Source: a phage
NCBI GenBank assembly: GCA_011911785.1
Contig: GCA_011911785.1_4084.1
Direction: 5' to 3' (one strand)
DNA length: 64,000 bases
Positions within the stretch are counted from its first letter, which is position 1. Each line of letters starts with the position of its first letter. The position numbers were made by a program, and so were the translations under genes. A model generated the notes under the pieces. It did not search any database. It saw nothing but the letters and a program-made list of their open reading frames with translations, and had not been told where the DNA came from. This document shows, piece by piece, positions 9,619-20,463 of this stretch.

Positions 9619-10971
9619 TTACAACAATTGTATTTCTGTGAGTGTTTGATATGTTGTACCGTTGTACACACCTCTCCAATATACCCTACCTTCAGTACTA
9701 ACCACTAATAGTCCATATGTTGTAAACCCAAGAGTACCACCAACATACATAGCATCTTTAATTCGAATACCAATGTCTTCATATGTAAATGAAGCGACTG
9801 CTCCCGCTTGCCACGAAGGACTAGCGTAGTAATCACTATAAACACCATGTGCTTTATATATTGATGTTGTTCCTGGTTCAAAAATTACAGTTCCACAGTA
9901 GTTCATTCGTATTTTAGTACTGGATGAAGTCGGTACATTTATACCTATGCCATCTTTTATCCCTGTAGTTAGGACGTTAAAACCACCCGCCACACGGTTG
10001 ACGTCATTCTCACCGATTAAAAACATACCAACGTTGTAGCCCATATAATATACACTGCTACTGCCATTCCAGAAAGAAAAACCACCACCATTACCACAGC
10101 GATATAGTTGTGAATTTGAGCAGTACATCATACCTTCGTTTGTCGCATCAAATTCATCTGCTGTTCCTATTGTAGCTACAGTAGTCCACGTTTTAATCAC
10201 TTGGTTTGTACTAGCTGGTGTTTGTATACCATATCGTATATTATATCCCTTACCAACGATTGTACCATCTTCTAATTTAGCATAAAGTACAGGTCTATTA
10301 CCAACAAAATACATATTATTGTGTGACATGTCTATTGTGCATCTTAATGAAACTACTTTTTGTGTCAATTGATTATCTTTAGTAAAAGAAGTAAAGTAGT
10401 AATCCGATGTTGAGTTGTTTATTAAACCTTGTATTGACAATCCCATATACCAGATTTCACCATTGCTGTTTAATGCTGCCAAAATACAACTATATTTTGA
10501 AGTGTATGCTGGTGATGTTGTTGAAGTTGCTGGTCCTTTATCATATCCACCACAGAATACCATCTCCACAACTTCACCTACGTTCGCAAAATAAGAAGAT
10601 ACATTGATAAAACCATTTGTTATAAAAGGTGCTGTATTCATACTTGAATGTGTGAATATCCCATTTGCATATACACCACAAAAATGATATGAACCATCAT
10701 TATCTTGGACTATTATTCCATTTGATAGTAACCAAAAATTGTTTACATTTTTTCTTACTAATTCAACTCCTGCACCATTGGTTGGTGTTATACCAAAAGA
10801 AACATATTTTGTTTGACCAATACCATATAAATTTCCATTAGTTGCTAGTATTGCACCAAACCAGTTCCCACCACCATTCCTATCATGACCCATACCAATG
10901 GAGTCGAATTTCTTTACAGTAGGAACTTCAACTTTATTCCCATACTCTAGCATTCTAACAAAAGGTAACAT
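9619..10971 (-). CDS. Beta-propeller-like repeat protein, paralog with N-terminus MLPFVRMLEYGN (450 aa)
   Basis: RBS AAGGAGG 5 nt upstream of ATG; track N-terminal extension rejected. Confidence 0.65.
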   Translation of the reverse strand: MLPFVRMLEYGNKVEVPTVKKFDSIGMGHDRNGGGNWFGAILATNGNLYGIGQTKYVSFGITPTNGAGVELVRKNVNNFWLLSNGIIVQDNDGSYHFCGVYANGIFTHSSMNTAPFITNGFINVSSYFANVGEVVEMVFCGGYDKGPATSTTSPAYTSKYSCILAALNSNGEIWYMGLSIQGLINNSTSDYYFTSFTKDNQLTQKVVSLRCTIDMSHNNMYFVGNRPVLYAKLEDGTIVGKGYNIRYGIQTPASTNQVIKTWTTVATIGTADEFDATNEGMMYCSNSQLYRCGNGGGFSFWNGSSSVYYMGYNVGMFLIGENDVNRVAGGFNVLTTGIKDGIGINVPTSSSTKIRMNYCGTVIFEPGTTSIYKAHGVYSDYYASPSWQAGAVASFTYEDIGIRIKDAMYVGGTLGFTTYGLLVVSTEGRVYWRGVYNGTTYQTLTEIQLL

Positions 10972-11002
10972 ATATCCTCCTTTATTCATTATATTATATT
11001 TA
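10972..11002 (-). promoter_or_regulatory. Conserved leader ATTAAATATAATATAATGAATAAAGGAGG (AT-rich box + RBS)
   Basis: Near-identical leader precedes all nine MLPFVRM paralogs; promoter identity not resolved. Confidence 0.5.
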
Positions 11003-11035
11003 ATCAAAAAAGAAAAGCCAGTACAGAGTACTGGC
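11003..11035 (-). terminator. Intrinsic terminator GCCAGTAC-tct-GTACTGGC + T-run
   Basis: 8-bp stem followed by TTTTCTTTTTT on minus strand. Confidence 0.7.
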
Positions 11036-11046
11036 ATTTAAAATAA

Positions 11047-12222
11047 TCAAAATGTAGGAAGTTTGAATTCTCTCATAACAGATGAACTGCTTGCAGATAC
11101 ATTATCTGGTGATTTCCCTGCGTAGTATAATTTATTATCAATGAACATATACAATGTTGCATCATTTCCTGCTACAAGCGATTCACTTTTCTTAAATTTA
11201 ACACCACTAGGTAAAATTGCTTCAACAAATGAACCTGATTCTCGTGTAGTATTATTTGCCAATTGACCATTGTTATTATAACCAGTACTATAAATTTTAC
11301 CTGAACTATAATATACGAGTCCACGAGTACTAGTGTTTTCTATTCGAATGAATTCACTATCATCTGGAACTGTCGTTGATAGTACTGGGTTTAACTTATA
11401 AGCAGATGATACATTATTATTACCCAATTGACCATAACCTTGAAAGCCTAGTGTATACATAGGACATGATTCTGGTGTACCTTTTGTTATAATACCAATA
11501 TAATTCGTACTACAAAAAATGTCTATTACTTCTGTAATAGGTGTACCCTTATATTGAACCCAAGGGAATACATACGATTGTTGCTTACCATTTCCCAAAG
11601 TACCGGAAGTTGTTGTCCCAGTACGCCACATTGTATCATCAAGTTTAATAATCCAGTTAGCTGTCGTTATCGATGAACAGAATTTTTTAACATTATCCAC
11701 TAAAAATGTAAATTGATTATAATATGATGCAGTGTTTATACCAAACTTAGCACCAGTATTATCACCTAACAAATATAAACTATTATCTGTACCTAAAATC
11801 AAAGCATAATCATAACCCACGTATATATCTTTAATTCTTGAAATTCCAAATTGTGTAAAATAGCTTGTACATTCTGTGAATGTTGTTATATTATTGGTTG
11901 TATTATTACCCAGCCATTTATCTAAACCACTATAAAAGAATCTATCATCATTTGTGCGTATTAGACAAAAAGCGTTCATTGTACTGCACCAAAAATCTTT
12001 AACATTGCTATATATTTTTGTCCATTCAGTTAGTGGATTAGTATGACCTAAACCAAAAATTCCACCATTCTGAAGACCAATAGCCCATATTGAACCATTT
12101 TTATCAAGCATCATTGTACATGTATGTGAATAACCACCCGATGGTGTAACTAATTTAACAAAATTGGGAATATATGGTAAAACTTTATTTCCATAATCCA
12201 ACATTCTAACAAAAGGTAACAT
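11047..12222 (-). CDS. RCC1-like repeat protein, MLPFVRMLDYGN paralog (391 aa)
   Basis: YGQLGNN RCC1-type motif; RBS AAGGAGG. Confidence 0.65.
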   Translation of the reverse strand: MLPFVRMLDYGNKVLPYIPNFVKLVTPSGGYSHTCTMMLDKNGSIWAIGLQNGGIFGLGHTNPLTEWTKIYSNVKDFWCSTMNAFCLIRTNDDRFFYSGLDKWLGNNTTNNITTFTECTSYFTQFGISRIKDIYVGYDYALILGTDNSLYLLGDNTGAKFGINTASYYNQFTFLVDNVKKFCSSITTANWIIKLDDTMWRTGTTTSGTLGNGKQQSYVFPWVQYKGTPITEVIDIFCSTNYIGIITKGTPESCPMYTLGFQGYGQLGNNNVSSAYKLNPVLSTTVPDDSEFIRIENTSTRGLVYYSSGKIYSTGYNNNGQLANNTTRESGSFVEAILPSGVKFKKSESLVAGNDATLYMFIDNKLYYAGKSPDNVSASSSSVMREFKLPTF

Positions 12223-12292
12223 ATTCCCTCCTTTATTCATTATACTATATTTAATCAAAAAGAAATGCCAGCATCAAGTACTGGCGAAATTA

Positions 12293-13483
12293 TTACAATT
12301 GTCTAGGTGTATCCAGAACATATCTATTTGTACTAGGACCACCATCATCATACGTTCCGGTTGAATATATATTTTTCATATCAGCAGTTAAAAATGTACG
12401 ATACGAACCTCTATATATTTTTATTTTATCATACATAGAATATGTTATTTGTGCTGGCAGTGGACATGCAGTAAATCTACCAATAGTAACATTAGAACCA
12501 ACACCCAATGTACCAGCATAACTACTCTCATTTAAACCAGTTGCATATACACCAGTACTCGTAACTAGTATACTAGATTGTGTTGGATATCCAGTATGGA
12601 TTGAATACAACGTGCCAGTTGGTAGAGTAGTACTATTATTTCCTAATACTGCTAGTGCTGTACTAGTCGTAGTGTTATTACCCCATGCACCATTCCTAGC
12701 TAAACCACCCACAAGGAACTGGCGTGCTCCTGTACTTGGATTTTCAACTAAAGCACTGACCGCACCACTTGAACAACCAGTGTATTGTAACGTTTTTGTA
12801 TATGTTGTACTTGGCTGATATAAAGTATATTCATTATAGGGAGTCCATGTGGTACTGGTACTTATACCTGACGTACCACCACCAATATATAAATTATTTT
12901 GTGTATCAAAAAACATTACACAGTTATTTGTTGACTGTATTTGTGCAATATCAACATTAGGCGTGACAGCTTTTACAAATGATCCATCTGTTATTTGTTG
13001 AGTACTACCAGTACCATCAGCGAATTGTCTAGCCCCACTCCAACCAGTACTCCATATTGTATTATTATCCATTAATACCGTAAACCACGTAGTACCTCCA
13101 TACATCTGTTTAATTGAAGTACTTGAACTTTGCGTGTACAAATTTTCAATATATTGGTTATAACTTAAAAACGTAGTAGTACTAGTTGGTAAACCAATAT
13201 GATCACCATATCCACAATAAAAATAATTTGAGTCATTATCTTTTACTAATAAAGTTCCTTGTGTAACCCAGCAATCATTAACGTTTTCTCTAATTAATGT
13301 CCATGATTTTAATGCAGTGTTGTTTCCCCTCCCAAATTTCCCAAAACTATTATCCCCACGTGCATATAGTTGACCATCCGTATACAGAACAACAACATCT
13401 AAATCAGTTGGGATTATTTTCTTAATTTGAAGTGGTACTGGGGTAATATTCCCATAATCAAATAATCTAACAAAAGGTAACAT
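12293..13483 (-). CDS. RCC1-like repeat protein, MLPFVRLFDYGN paralog (396 aa)
   Basis: GDNSFGKFGRGNN motif; conserved leader. Confidence 0.65.
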   Translation of the reverse strand: MLPFVRLFDYGNITPVPLQIKKIIPTDLDVVVLYTDGQLYARGDNSFGKFGRGNNTALKSWTLIRENVNDCWVTQGTLLVKDNDSNYFYCGYGDHIGLPTSTTTFLSYNQYIENLYTQSSSTSIKQMYGGTTWFTVLMDNNTIWSTGWSGARQFADGTGSTQQITDGSFVKAVTPNVDIAQIQSTNNCVMFFDTQNNLYIGGGTSGISTSTTWTPYNEYTLYQPSTTYTKTLQYTGCSSGAVSALVENPSTGARQFLVGGLARNGAWGNNTTTSTALAVLGNNSTTLPTGTLYSIHTGYPTQSSILVTSTGVYATGLNESSYAGTLGVGSNVTIGRFTACPLPAQITYSMYDKIKIYRGSYRTFLTADMKNIYSTGTYDDGGPSTNRYVLDTPRQL

Positions 13484-13516
13484 ATATTCCTCCTTTATTC
13501 ATTATACTATATTTAC

Positions 13517-13548
13517 CCCAAAAAGAAATGCCAGTATCAAGTACTGGC
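13517..13548 (-). terminator. Intrinsic terminator GCCAGTA-cttga-TACTGGC + U-rich tract
   Basis: Read directly on minus strand. Confidence 0.6.
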
Positions 13549-13554
13549 CTATAT

Positions 13555-14724
13555 TTAAACTGGTGAATCTAATACAAATTCTAAACTACTAATGCCACCA
13601 TATGTGACATTTGTCCCTGTGCTATATACAAAATTACCATCAGTTATATAAGTTCGGTTATACCCACCTGCCATCTGCGACTTACTATAATCAAACCCAT
13701 CAGGAACGATTGCTTTGGTATATACTAATGCATTATTAGATGTACCAATACCTAACATACCAGCTTCTGAAGATTTATTGTAGCCGCAACAATATATACC
13801 ATCTGTTGTAGCAATAACTTGGTTATAATATGAAGTAATGTTAGCAATGCTTACTACATCACCGGGTGGCATTAGTGAAGCAGTTTGAACCTCAAATGCT
13901 CTATAATCACTGAGAGAACCATTTATCCCATCTGCTTGTGCACCAAATATTCTCGAACCGCCATTTGCGATGATGGTTTTACCAGTGGGATCAGTACCAA
14001 TTGCCATTGCCATTGAAGTACTATTCTCCATATAGTACTTGATATTAATTGTATTTCTTAAGCTGGTAGGAGCACCATAATATATAGTATATAACTTACC
14101 TCCTGAACTTGTAACTGCATTTACTCTTCCTGTATAAAATAGCCATCCTTGGTTTGTAACATAACCGTGCATTAAATTACTTGCAAACAATTTAACAGGT
14201 AATTGATCTGCTGCGGTCGGAACAGTACTTTTGACGAATTTTCTAGCAACATTGTTAGTTGTTGTCCCATCACCCAACTGACCATCACCCCCTGCTCCAG
14301 TACTCCATATTGTTTGGTCTGTTAGTAATACACTTGTAGTCTGATAACTAACTGCTATATCTAATATTGGTAATGTTAACGTATCGAATGTTGGCATAGC
14401 AGAAGTCCATATTGATACTGCTGCCCCTGGCATACCAACAGTTGTTGAACTTCCACTGTACCATATTTCATCATTGCTTTTCTTAATAACTATCGACGTG
14501 GCTCCCATCCAAAAATCTTGAACATCAGAAGTGCTAAAAGTCCATGTAGTAACAATATTTTTGTGACCTAAACCCAAAAGACCATTTGCATTCTCACCAC
14601 GCACATATAAATCACCACTGTTTGTTAAAACAGCAACATTATAGTTGTTAGCTAGTATTTTTTTAATATTTGGTTTAGCAGGTGCAATATTCCCATACTC
14701 TAACATTCTTACAAAAGGTAACAT
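13555..14724 (-). CDS. RCC1-like repeat protein, MLPFVRMLEYGN paralog (389 aa)
   Basis: GDGQLGDG and GLLGLGH motifs; track start 14856 rejected. Confidence 0.65.
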   Translation of the reverse strand: MLPFVRMLEYGNIAPAKPNIKKILANNYNVAVLTNSGDLYVRGENANGLLGLGHKNIVTTWTFSTSDVQDFWMGATSIVIKKSNDEIWYSGSSTTVGMPGAAVSIWTSAMPTFDTLTLPILDIAVSYQTTSVLLTDQTIWSTGAGGDGQLGDGTTTNNVARKFVKSTVPTAADQLPVKLFASNLMHGYVTNQGWLFYTGRVNAVTSSGGKLYTIYYGAPTSLRNTINIKYYMENSTSMAMAIGTDPTGKTIIANGGSRIFGAQADGINGSLSDYRAFEVQTASLMPPGDVVSIANITSYYNQVIATTDGIYCCGYNKSSEAGMLGIGTSNNALVYTKAIVPDGFDYSKSQMAGGYNRTYITDGNFVYSTGTNVTYGGISSLEFVLDSPV

Positions 14725-14757
14725 AATTCCTCCTTTATTCATTATATTATATTTAAT

Positions 14758-14789
14758 CCAAATAAGAAAGCCAGTATCAAGTACTGGCT
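14758..14789 (-). terminator. Intrinsic terminator AGCCAGTA-cttga-TACTGGCT + U-rich tract
   Basis: Read directly on minus strand. Confidence 0.6.
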
Positions 14790-14794
14790 TTAAT

Positions 14795-15943
14795 TCATTG
14801 TATAAATGACATATCAACTTCGGTATATCTTGTAGTGTACTGCCCAGAACTTCCACCCATTACTAGATTGGAAAAACCAGTATAAAATAACTTACCTTCA
14901 TCTGTGAGAATCAAACTACCGATGTTATTCAGTACTAAACTGTAAGAACTATTAAAATTAGCATAGGACTGGGTATAATAGAACTGATTTGTAAGATTAC
15001 CAACACCCAATTGTCCACCAGTGTTAACCCCAGTTGCAAATATCGTAGTACCAAATCTGCGAATATGCGAGGCCATATTGCCGACGCAACAATGTACATT
15101 CTGAACATCCGAATTCAATAAAGTTGGTGTTGTGTATTGCTTAAGTGTTGTGCCTGTACCGAATTCATTACCATATGATACCCCATACTGTGTACCACAA
15201 GCGTACAATTTATTATCATCTTTAATAAAAAATGTACTCTGATAACTTACATCGACATCTATAACATTAGTCTGTATTCTAACAACTCCAGTACTAGCAG
15301 TTTGATTGCCTGTCCCTAACTGATAGTAAGTGTTAATACCACAACCCCATAATGTATTATCTTCTTTTAGGTATATGTTACCAACAGCTTTTTTTACCGA
15401 TGATATGGCTTCAATCTTAACAAAGGCGTTAAATGAATTTGTATTTGTGCCATTACCAAAAGATGATCTGGTTGATGTGCTGTTTGTTCCGCAGCAATAT
15501 AAAGTACCATCAGTTGTTATCAAATTCACTTTAAGATCACTGTAACTACTCATGTATTTTATATCAGAAACATTAATACCACTGGATGTTATCCATGAAG
15601 TACAATCTGTCCACGTGTTATAATATGCACCTGAACCAGAAAACGCACTCGGACTTCCTGTTATAAACACTTTTCCAGTACCGTCTTCTTCATATAATTG
15701 ACAACCACTACTGTTATTTTCCAAAAGAACTCTTTTAACATTAGTTGCACTAAGAATAAATTTACTTGACGATACACCAGTCCCCGTACCCTGACTGACT
15801 GCTGCTGAAGCATACAAATTTTTAGTGTATGTATCATGAAAATACATAGCACTACCACCGGAATATATTTTAAAACGTGTACTAGGATCTGGTGGAATTG
15901 GTGCAATATTCCCATAATCTAACATTCTTACAAAAGGTAACAT
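14795..15943 (-). CDS. RCC1-like repeat protein, MLPFVRMLDYGN paralog (382 aa)
   Basis: YYQLGTGNQ and GGQLGVGN motifs; track start 16105 rejected. Confidence 0.65.
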   Translation of the reverse strand: MLPFVRMLDYGNIAPIPPDPSTRFKIYSGGSAMYFHDTYTKNLYASAAVSQGTGTGVSSSKFILSATNVKRVLLENNSSGCQLYEEDGTGKVFITGSPSAFSGSGAYYNTWTDCTSWITSSGINVSDIKYMSSYSDLKVNLITTDGTLYCCGTNSTSTRSSFGNGTNTNSFNAFVKIEAISSVKKAVGNIYLKEDNTLWGCGINTYYQLGTGNQTASTGVVRIQTNVIDVDVSYQSTFFIKDDNKLYACGTQYGVSYGNEFGTGTTLKQYTTPTLLNSDVQNVHCCVGNMASHIRRFGTTIFATGVNTGGQLGVGNLTNQFYYTQSYANFNSSYSLVLNNIGSLILTDEGKLFYTGFSNLVMGGSSGQYTTRYTEVDMSFIQ

Positions 15944-16013
15944 AATTCCTCCTTTATTCATTATATTATATTTAATCCAAATAAGAAAGCCAGTATCAAG
16001 TACTGGCATTATG

Positions 16014-17123
16014 TTATTTTGGTAAATCAATTTTAGTAAAGACTGCAACATCCTCGCTTGCACCGGGAATGGCGTAATACGTTCCAGTACTATATACATC
16101 TCCATTTTTGGTTAATATTGAAGTCAAACCATCACTAAAAAGAACATCCCTAATCTCACTAACTTCAACGGGTAATTGTAAATTTGTAGCACTATATATA
16201 GCACCAGTTTGAGAATTGTTTAATCCCAAACCACGGTTCGCCCCAACACCCTTCTGATATGTACTGGTAATTACCATTTGTGTAGCAGTATTTAATGCAG
16301 GTGAATTCGTCATAAACAACGGAGAACTATTAGGAAAAGTACTTGCAGGAACTGCACGGAATGTAGTCGTGCCTGAACTAAGAAAGTTTGGAGTTTGACC
16401 ACATACGAAATATGATGTACCATTATAGTAATTAAATGCATTACCACCAATGGCTGCATCGATTACACCAGAACTACGTAATCCCCAAGTGTTAATTTGT
16501 GTTTGGTCCCCTGTACCATGCTGCCCACTGCTATTCCATCCAGAACTATATAGCTTATTATCTAATGTAATATACATACTATCATTTGCATTAGTCATTA
16601 CTTTACGCACGTTAGTAGCACATTGAGTTAATGTGTAAATCGATGATGAGCCAATACCTAAAGAACCACGATATCCATTATCTCCTGCACCATAGAGTAC
16701 TGAACTAGTGCTAAGTACAAATATTAAACCATTTGTACATACAATATTAGCAATTTCACTCACTGGTATAGCATTGGTAAACCAATTAGTCCTTTCAACT
16801 AATATAGTACTGTAAGAAGTAGTTGTAGAAGATGAGAACCAGTACGTTTCACCCGATGTCCATATCGTATTATCATTTTTAATAATAACAAGTGTACGAC
16901 CACCCACGAAAAAATTAGAAACATCTGAACTTACTAATATCCATGAAGATACCGTGTTGTTATTACCATTTCCAGATTCACCACCTTGATTTCTACCTAT
17001 GTAATATAAATCATGTGAATCAGTCAATAAGAATTGACCTTGTGTAGAAGCACCAACTTTAATTATATTTTTAGGACCAGGTACAATATTCCCATACTCT
17101 AACATTCTAACAAAAGGTAACAT
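16014..17123 (-). CDS. RCC1-like repeat protein, MLPFVRMLEYGN paralog (369 aa)
   Basis: SGQHGTGD motif; conserved leader. Confidence 0.65.
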   Translation of the reverse strand: MLPFVRMLEYGNIVPGPKNIIKVGASTQGQFLLTDSHDLYYIGRNQGGESGNGNNNTVSSWILVSSDVSNFFVGGRTLVIIKNDNTIWTSGETYWFSSSTTTSYSTILVERTNWFTNAIPVSEIANIVCTNGLIFVLSTSSVLYGAGDNGYRGSLGIGSSSIYTLTQCATNVRKVMTNANDSMYITLDNKLYSSGWNSSGQHGTGDQTQINTWGLRSSGVIDAAIGGNAFNYYNGTSYFVCGQTPNFLSSGTTTFRAVPASTFPNSSPLFMTNSPALNTATQMVITSTYQKGVGANRGLGLNNSQTGAIYSATNLQLPVEVSEIRDVLFSDGLTSILTKNGDVYSTGTYYAIPGASEDVAVFTKIDLPK

Positions 17124-17195
17124 AATTCCTCCTTTATTCATTATACTATATTTAATACAAATAAGAAAAGCCAGTACAGAGTACTGGCTATTATA

Positions 17196-18338
17196 TTATT
17201 TCCACGGTAGAAGTGAATCAGGAACTCTGGTTGGTACTCTAACGGCTGGAACATTTCCAAGTTCAGGTAAACCACTCATATACAAATTGTTATTTTCATC
17301 AATTATCATTGAATAGAAATTATCAATTACGAAGCCTGAAATTCGTCTTCCTTCTAATGCATCAAGAACCATTTCGGTGAAAGTTAGTATATTTTCGGAT
17401 GTTTGATTAACACCACATGCACCATAGGTATTTCGACCACAAGTATATAACTTATTATTATTTTTAACAACACATCCATTCCCTTCGTTGTTGGATAAAC
17501 CACCCACCAACTCTATTTCACCTTGGAATGATAAATTGGGAATTAATGTACTCATTGGTACTGCTGATACTCTACCTACACCAGCTTGACCATATGCATT
17601 TGGTGAAGCAACCTTCACTGAACCATCATTAAGAAATATATATGAAGTACGGTATGTATTTACAGCTTGTATAGCATTGGTGATCGTATTGTCTTTTGTA
17701 AAACTTAATATATTTGATGTTGTTGTACTACCAGGAGCAACAGTATTTCCTGCATACCAATAGGAGCCATCATCAAGTACTAACCCAGTACTGAGCAAAG
17801 AACAGCCATAACTTTTAACATTTTCTATAGTGCTGTATCTGAACGATGTGACATTAGCTGTTGACGCGTTACCAAATACACCACCTTCGCCAGCACCACA
17901 GTAGAACCATTTTCCATTTTTTAAAAATACACGCAAATTCTGCCCAACAGCAATACCATCAATATCATCAGCACTGACACCAAAATCAGTGAAGTACTGG
18001 GTTACATCAATCCAAACCCCATTTGTATTTGTTCCGATTTGTGGCATTACTATACTAGCACCTGTGAACCAAATAGTTCCATCATTCTTAATGGCAATGG
18101 AACCAAGAACACCACCCCAGTAACGTTCAATATTATTATTCACACGGGTCCATACGGTGGATGATTGTAATGAACCATTACCACCTTGTCCAAATGAAGA
18201 TGAACCATACCAGTACAAGTCACCATTAACATGCAAATAAAAACGAGTATTATAATTTGCTTGTAATCTATTTTTAAATAGAGGTTTTGGTTCTGGTGCT
18301 TCATTTCCATACTCTAACATTCTAGCAAAAGGTAACAT
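17196..18338 (-). CDS. RCC1-like repeat protein, MLPFARMLEYGN paralog (380 aa)
   Basis: YGQAGVGR motif; close paralog of 18412-19554. Confidence 0.65.
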   Translation of the reverse strand: MLPFARMLEYGNEAPEPKPLFKNRLQANYNTRFYLHVNGDLYWYGSSSFGQGGNGSLQSSTVWTRVNNNIERYWGGVLGSIAIKNDGTIWFTGASIVMPQIGTNTNGVWIDVTQYFTDFGVSADDIDGIAVGQNLRVFLKNGKWFYCGAGEGGVFGNASTANVTSFRYSTIENVKSYGCSLLSTGLVLDDGSYWYAGNTVAPGSTTTSNILSFTKDNTITNAIQAVNTYRTSYIFLNDGSVKVASPNAYGQAGVGRVSAVPMSTLIPNLSFQGEIELVGGLSNNEGNGCVVKNNNKLYTCGRNTYGACGVNQTSENILTFTEMVLDALEGRRISGFVIDNFYSMIIDENNNLYMSGLPELGNVPAVRVPTRVPDSLLPWK

Positions 18339-18411
18339 AATTTCCTCCTTTATTCATTATACTATATTTAATACAAATAAGAAAAGCCAGTACAGAGTAC
18401 TGGCTATTATA

Positions 18412-19554
18412 TTATTTCCACGGTAGAAGTGAATCAGGAACCCTTGTCGGTACATTTGTAGTAGACACCCCATCAAGATTTGGTACACCGCATGTATATA
18501 AATTATCAGCATCGTCAACTAACATCGTATAGTTATATCCCCTACAAAAACTACTAACATTACGACCTTCTAATGCAGTAAGAATCATTTCAGTGAATGT
18601 TGTTATATTTGTCGAGGTTGAACCAACACCACATTGTCCATTTGAATTAAGACCACATAAAAATAACTTATTATCATTTTTAATTATACAGGATGGTCCA
18701 GTAAGGTTTGTACCAAGCTCACCCACTAACTCTATTTCACCTTGGAATGCTAAATTTGGAATTAATGTACTCATAGGGGCTGGTGTTGTATTCCCAGTAC
18801 CTGCTTGACCACGTTCGTTGGAAGATGCAACTTTAACTGTTCCATCACTAAGAAATATATAGGAAGTTTCAATTGTATTGACTGCTTTAATTGCAGTGCT
18901 GATAGAAGTTTCTTGTGTAAATCTTAGCACGTTTTGTGCTGACGTTCCCGATATAAACGTATTACCTGCATACCAATATGTACCATCATTGAGTACTAAT
19001 GCAGTACTTCGAATTGCACAACCAGCACTTCGAACATTTTCTATAGTACTGTACGTGAATTGTGAAACGCTTGCCGATGAACCATTTCCGAATACACCAC
19101 CACTCCCAGCACCACAGAAGAACCACTTTCCATTTTTCAAAAATACACGCATACACGCAGATATAACAATACTATCAATATCATCAGCACTGACACCGAA
19201 ATCAGCAAAGTGCGATGTCACATCAACCCAAACACCGTTAGTGTTTGATGCAATTACTGGAATAACAGAACTTGTACCAGTGTACCAAATAGTACCATCT
19301 TTCTTTATCGCTATTGTTCCTTGAACACCACCCCAATATCGTACAACATTTGTATTGACGAGAGTCCATGCGGTTGAAGAGTTCAATGAACCATTACCAC
19401 CTTGACCATATGATGAAGAACCAAACCAATATAGATTACCATTGGTGTGTAAATAAAATTTGGCATCTGCCGAGCATTGTAACCTATTTTTTAATCGTGG
19501 TGCGGGTTCCGGTGCAATATTCCCGTACTCTAACATTCTTGCAAAAGGTAACAT
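18412..19554 (-). CDS. RCC1-like repeat protein, MLPFARMLEYGN paralog (380 aa)
   Basis: RGQAGTGN motif; RBS directly follows upstream stop, no terminator. Confidence 0.65.
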   Translation of the reverse strand: MLPFARMLEYGNIAPEPAPRLKNRLQCSADAKFYLHTNGNLYWFGSSSYGQGGNGSLNSSTAWTLVNTNVVRYWGGVQGTIAIKKDGTIWYTGTSSVIPVIASNTNGVWVDVTSHFADFGVSADDIDSIVISACMRVFLKNGKWFFCGAGSGGVFGNGSSASVSQFTYSTIENVRSAGCAIRSTALVLNDGTYWYAGNTFISGTSAQNVLRFTQETSISTAIKAVNTIETSYIFLSDGTVKVASSNERGQAGTGNTTPAPMSTLIPNLAFQGEIELVGELGTNLTGPSCIIKNDNKLFLCGLNSNGQCGVGSTSTNITTFTEMILTALEGRNVSSFCRGYNYTMLVDDADNLYTCGVPNLDGVSTTNVPTRVPDSLLPWK

Positions 19555-19566
19555 AATTCCTCCATA

Positions 19567-20463
19567 TTATTTAAAAACATACTGCGTATTAACACGAGTG
19601 CCATTGTCAAAACCAAGTACATAAAATATCTCAGCACTATTCTTAGAACCAAATAACGCACCAGTACTACTACTCAAAGTAGTATTAACCGCTAAGGGAA
19701 TCCATATGTCTTCTTCTGCATCGTATCTCAATAAATTTAATGCACCATACGACACTGCATATATATTTTTATCATATGTACTGTAACATATTTTACTAGG
19801 GTTATTACCACCAACTGGTGCTATGTTAGACCACACCGCACTTTGTATATGATATTTTTGTGCAGTACTAGTACCTTGACCAGTAATATATATGTAAGTA
19901 CCATCCGTACACATATCACCACCTCCATTGTTATTTGTTCCATCACTTGTACCTAATGATGACCATGTATTAGTACTTGGAGTATAACTGTATAACGAAT
20001 TATTAGTAGGCGAACCCCACAAATATATCTTATCCCCAGCAGTAATCATCTTACTATACGCCAGTTGACTAGGCTTCCCAATACTGTTAGTGTTCAGAAT
20101 CCATGTATTTGTACTTATATTATATACATAAAAATTATTACTACTATTACCTGAACCACCAAACAAATATATTTTTCCCTGATAAGCACATAACGCACTA
20201 CCAAATGTAGATACAGGTGCATTGGCTAATTGTGACCACGTTCTTGTAGTTAAATTAAAACTCCATAACTGATTATCCGTCTGCACCGCATTCTGTATAC
20301 CACCAAATATATAAGCAATATTACTTTCCGCATCATACGTATAACCAAAGTTATTTCGTGCTGAAGGTACTGGTGTTGTAGTAAATTGTGTTCGTACTCC
20401 ACCATTTGGGCCAGGTAATGGACCTACATTCCCGAACTCAAACATTCTAACAAAAGGTAACAT
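19567..20463 (-). CDS. Kelch/beta-propeller-like repeat protein with N-terminus MLPFVRMFEFGN (298 aa); first gene of the array
   Basis: Repeated YIFGG / IYLFGG / IYLWG motifs; conserved leader. Confidence 0.6.
   Translation of the reverse strand: MLPFVRMFEFGNVGPLPGPNGGVRTQFTTTPVPSARNNFGYTYDAESNIAYIFGGIQNAVQTDNQLWSFNLTTRTWSQLANAPVSTFGSALCAYQGKIYLFGGSGNSSNNFYVYNISTNTWILNTNSIGKPSQLAYSKMITAGDKIYLWGSPTNNSLYSYTPSTNTWSSLGTSDGTNNNGGGDMCTDGTYIYITGQGTSTAQKYHIQSAVWSNIAPVGGNNPSKICYSTYDKNIYAVSYGALNLLRYDAEEDIWIPLAVNTTLSSSTGALFGSKNSAEIFYVLGFDNGTRVNTQYVFK

Noticed and set aside
10972-11002. Canonical T4 late promoter TATAAATA in the leader of the propeller genes
   Set aside because: Leader has TATAAT and TAAATATA but not the exact TATAAATA box; left as an unresolved promoter rather than called late
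9619-16105. N-terminal extensions in the ORF track for the propeller genes (e.g. MIKYSIMNKGG.., MEVLGS..)
   Set aside because: They read through the upstream terminator hairpin and leader; the ATG 5 nt after AAGGAGG giving MLPFVRM.. is the supported start
7315-19556. Plus-strand ORFs embedded in the minus-strand propeller genes (7315-7545, 8674-8898, 10407-10607, 12612-12818, 12769-12960, 15330-15545, 15661-15915 minus, 18593-18808, 18878-19324, 19368-19556)
   Set aside because: Antisense or out-of-frame to long conserved CDSs, no RBS, low-complexity translations
9619-20463. Diversity-generating retroelement as the source of propeller-gene variation
   Set aside because: No reverse-transcriptase ORF and no template/variable repeat pair found in the window; divergence is spread along the genes
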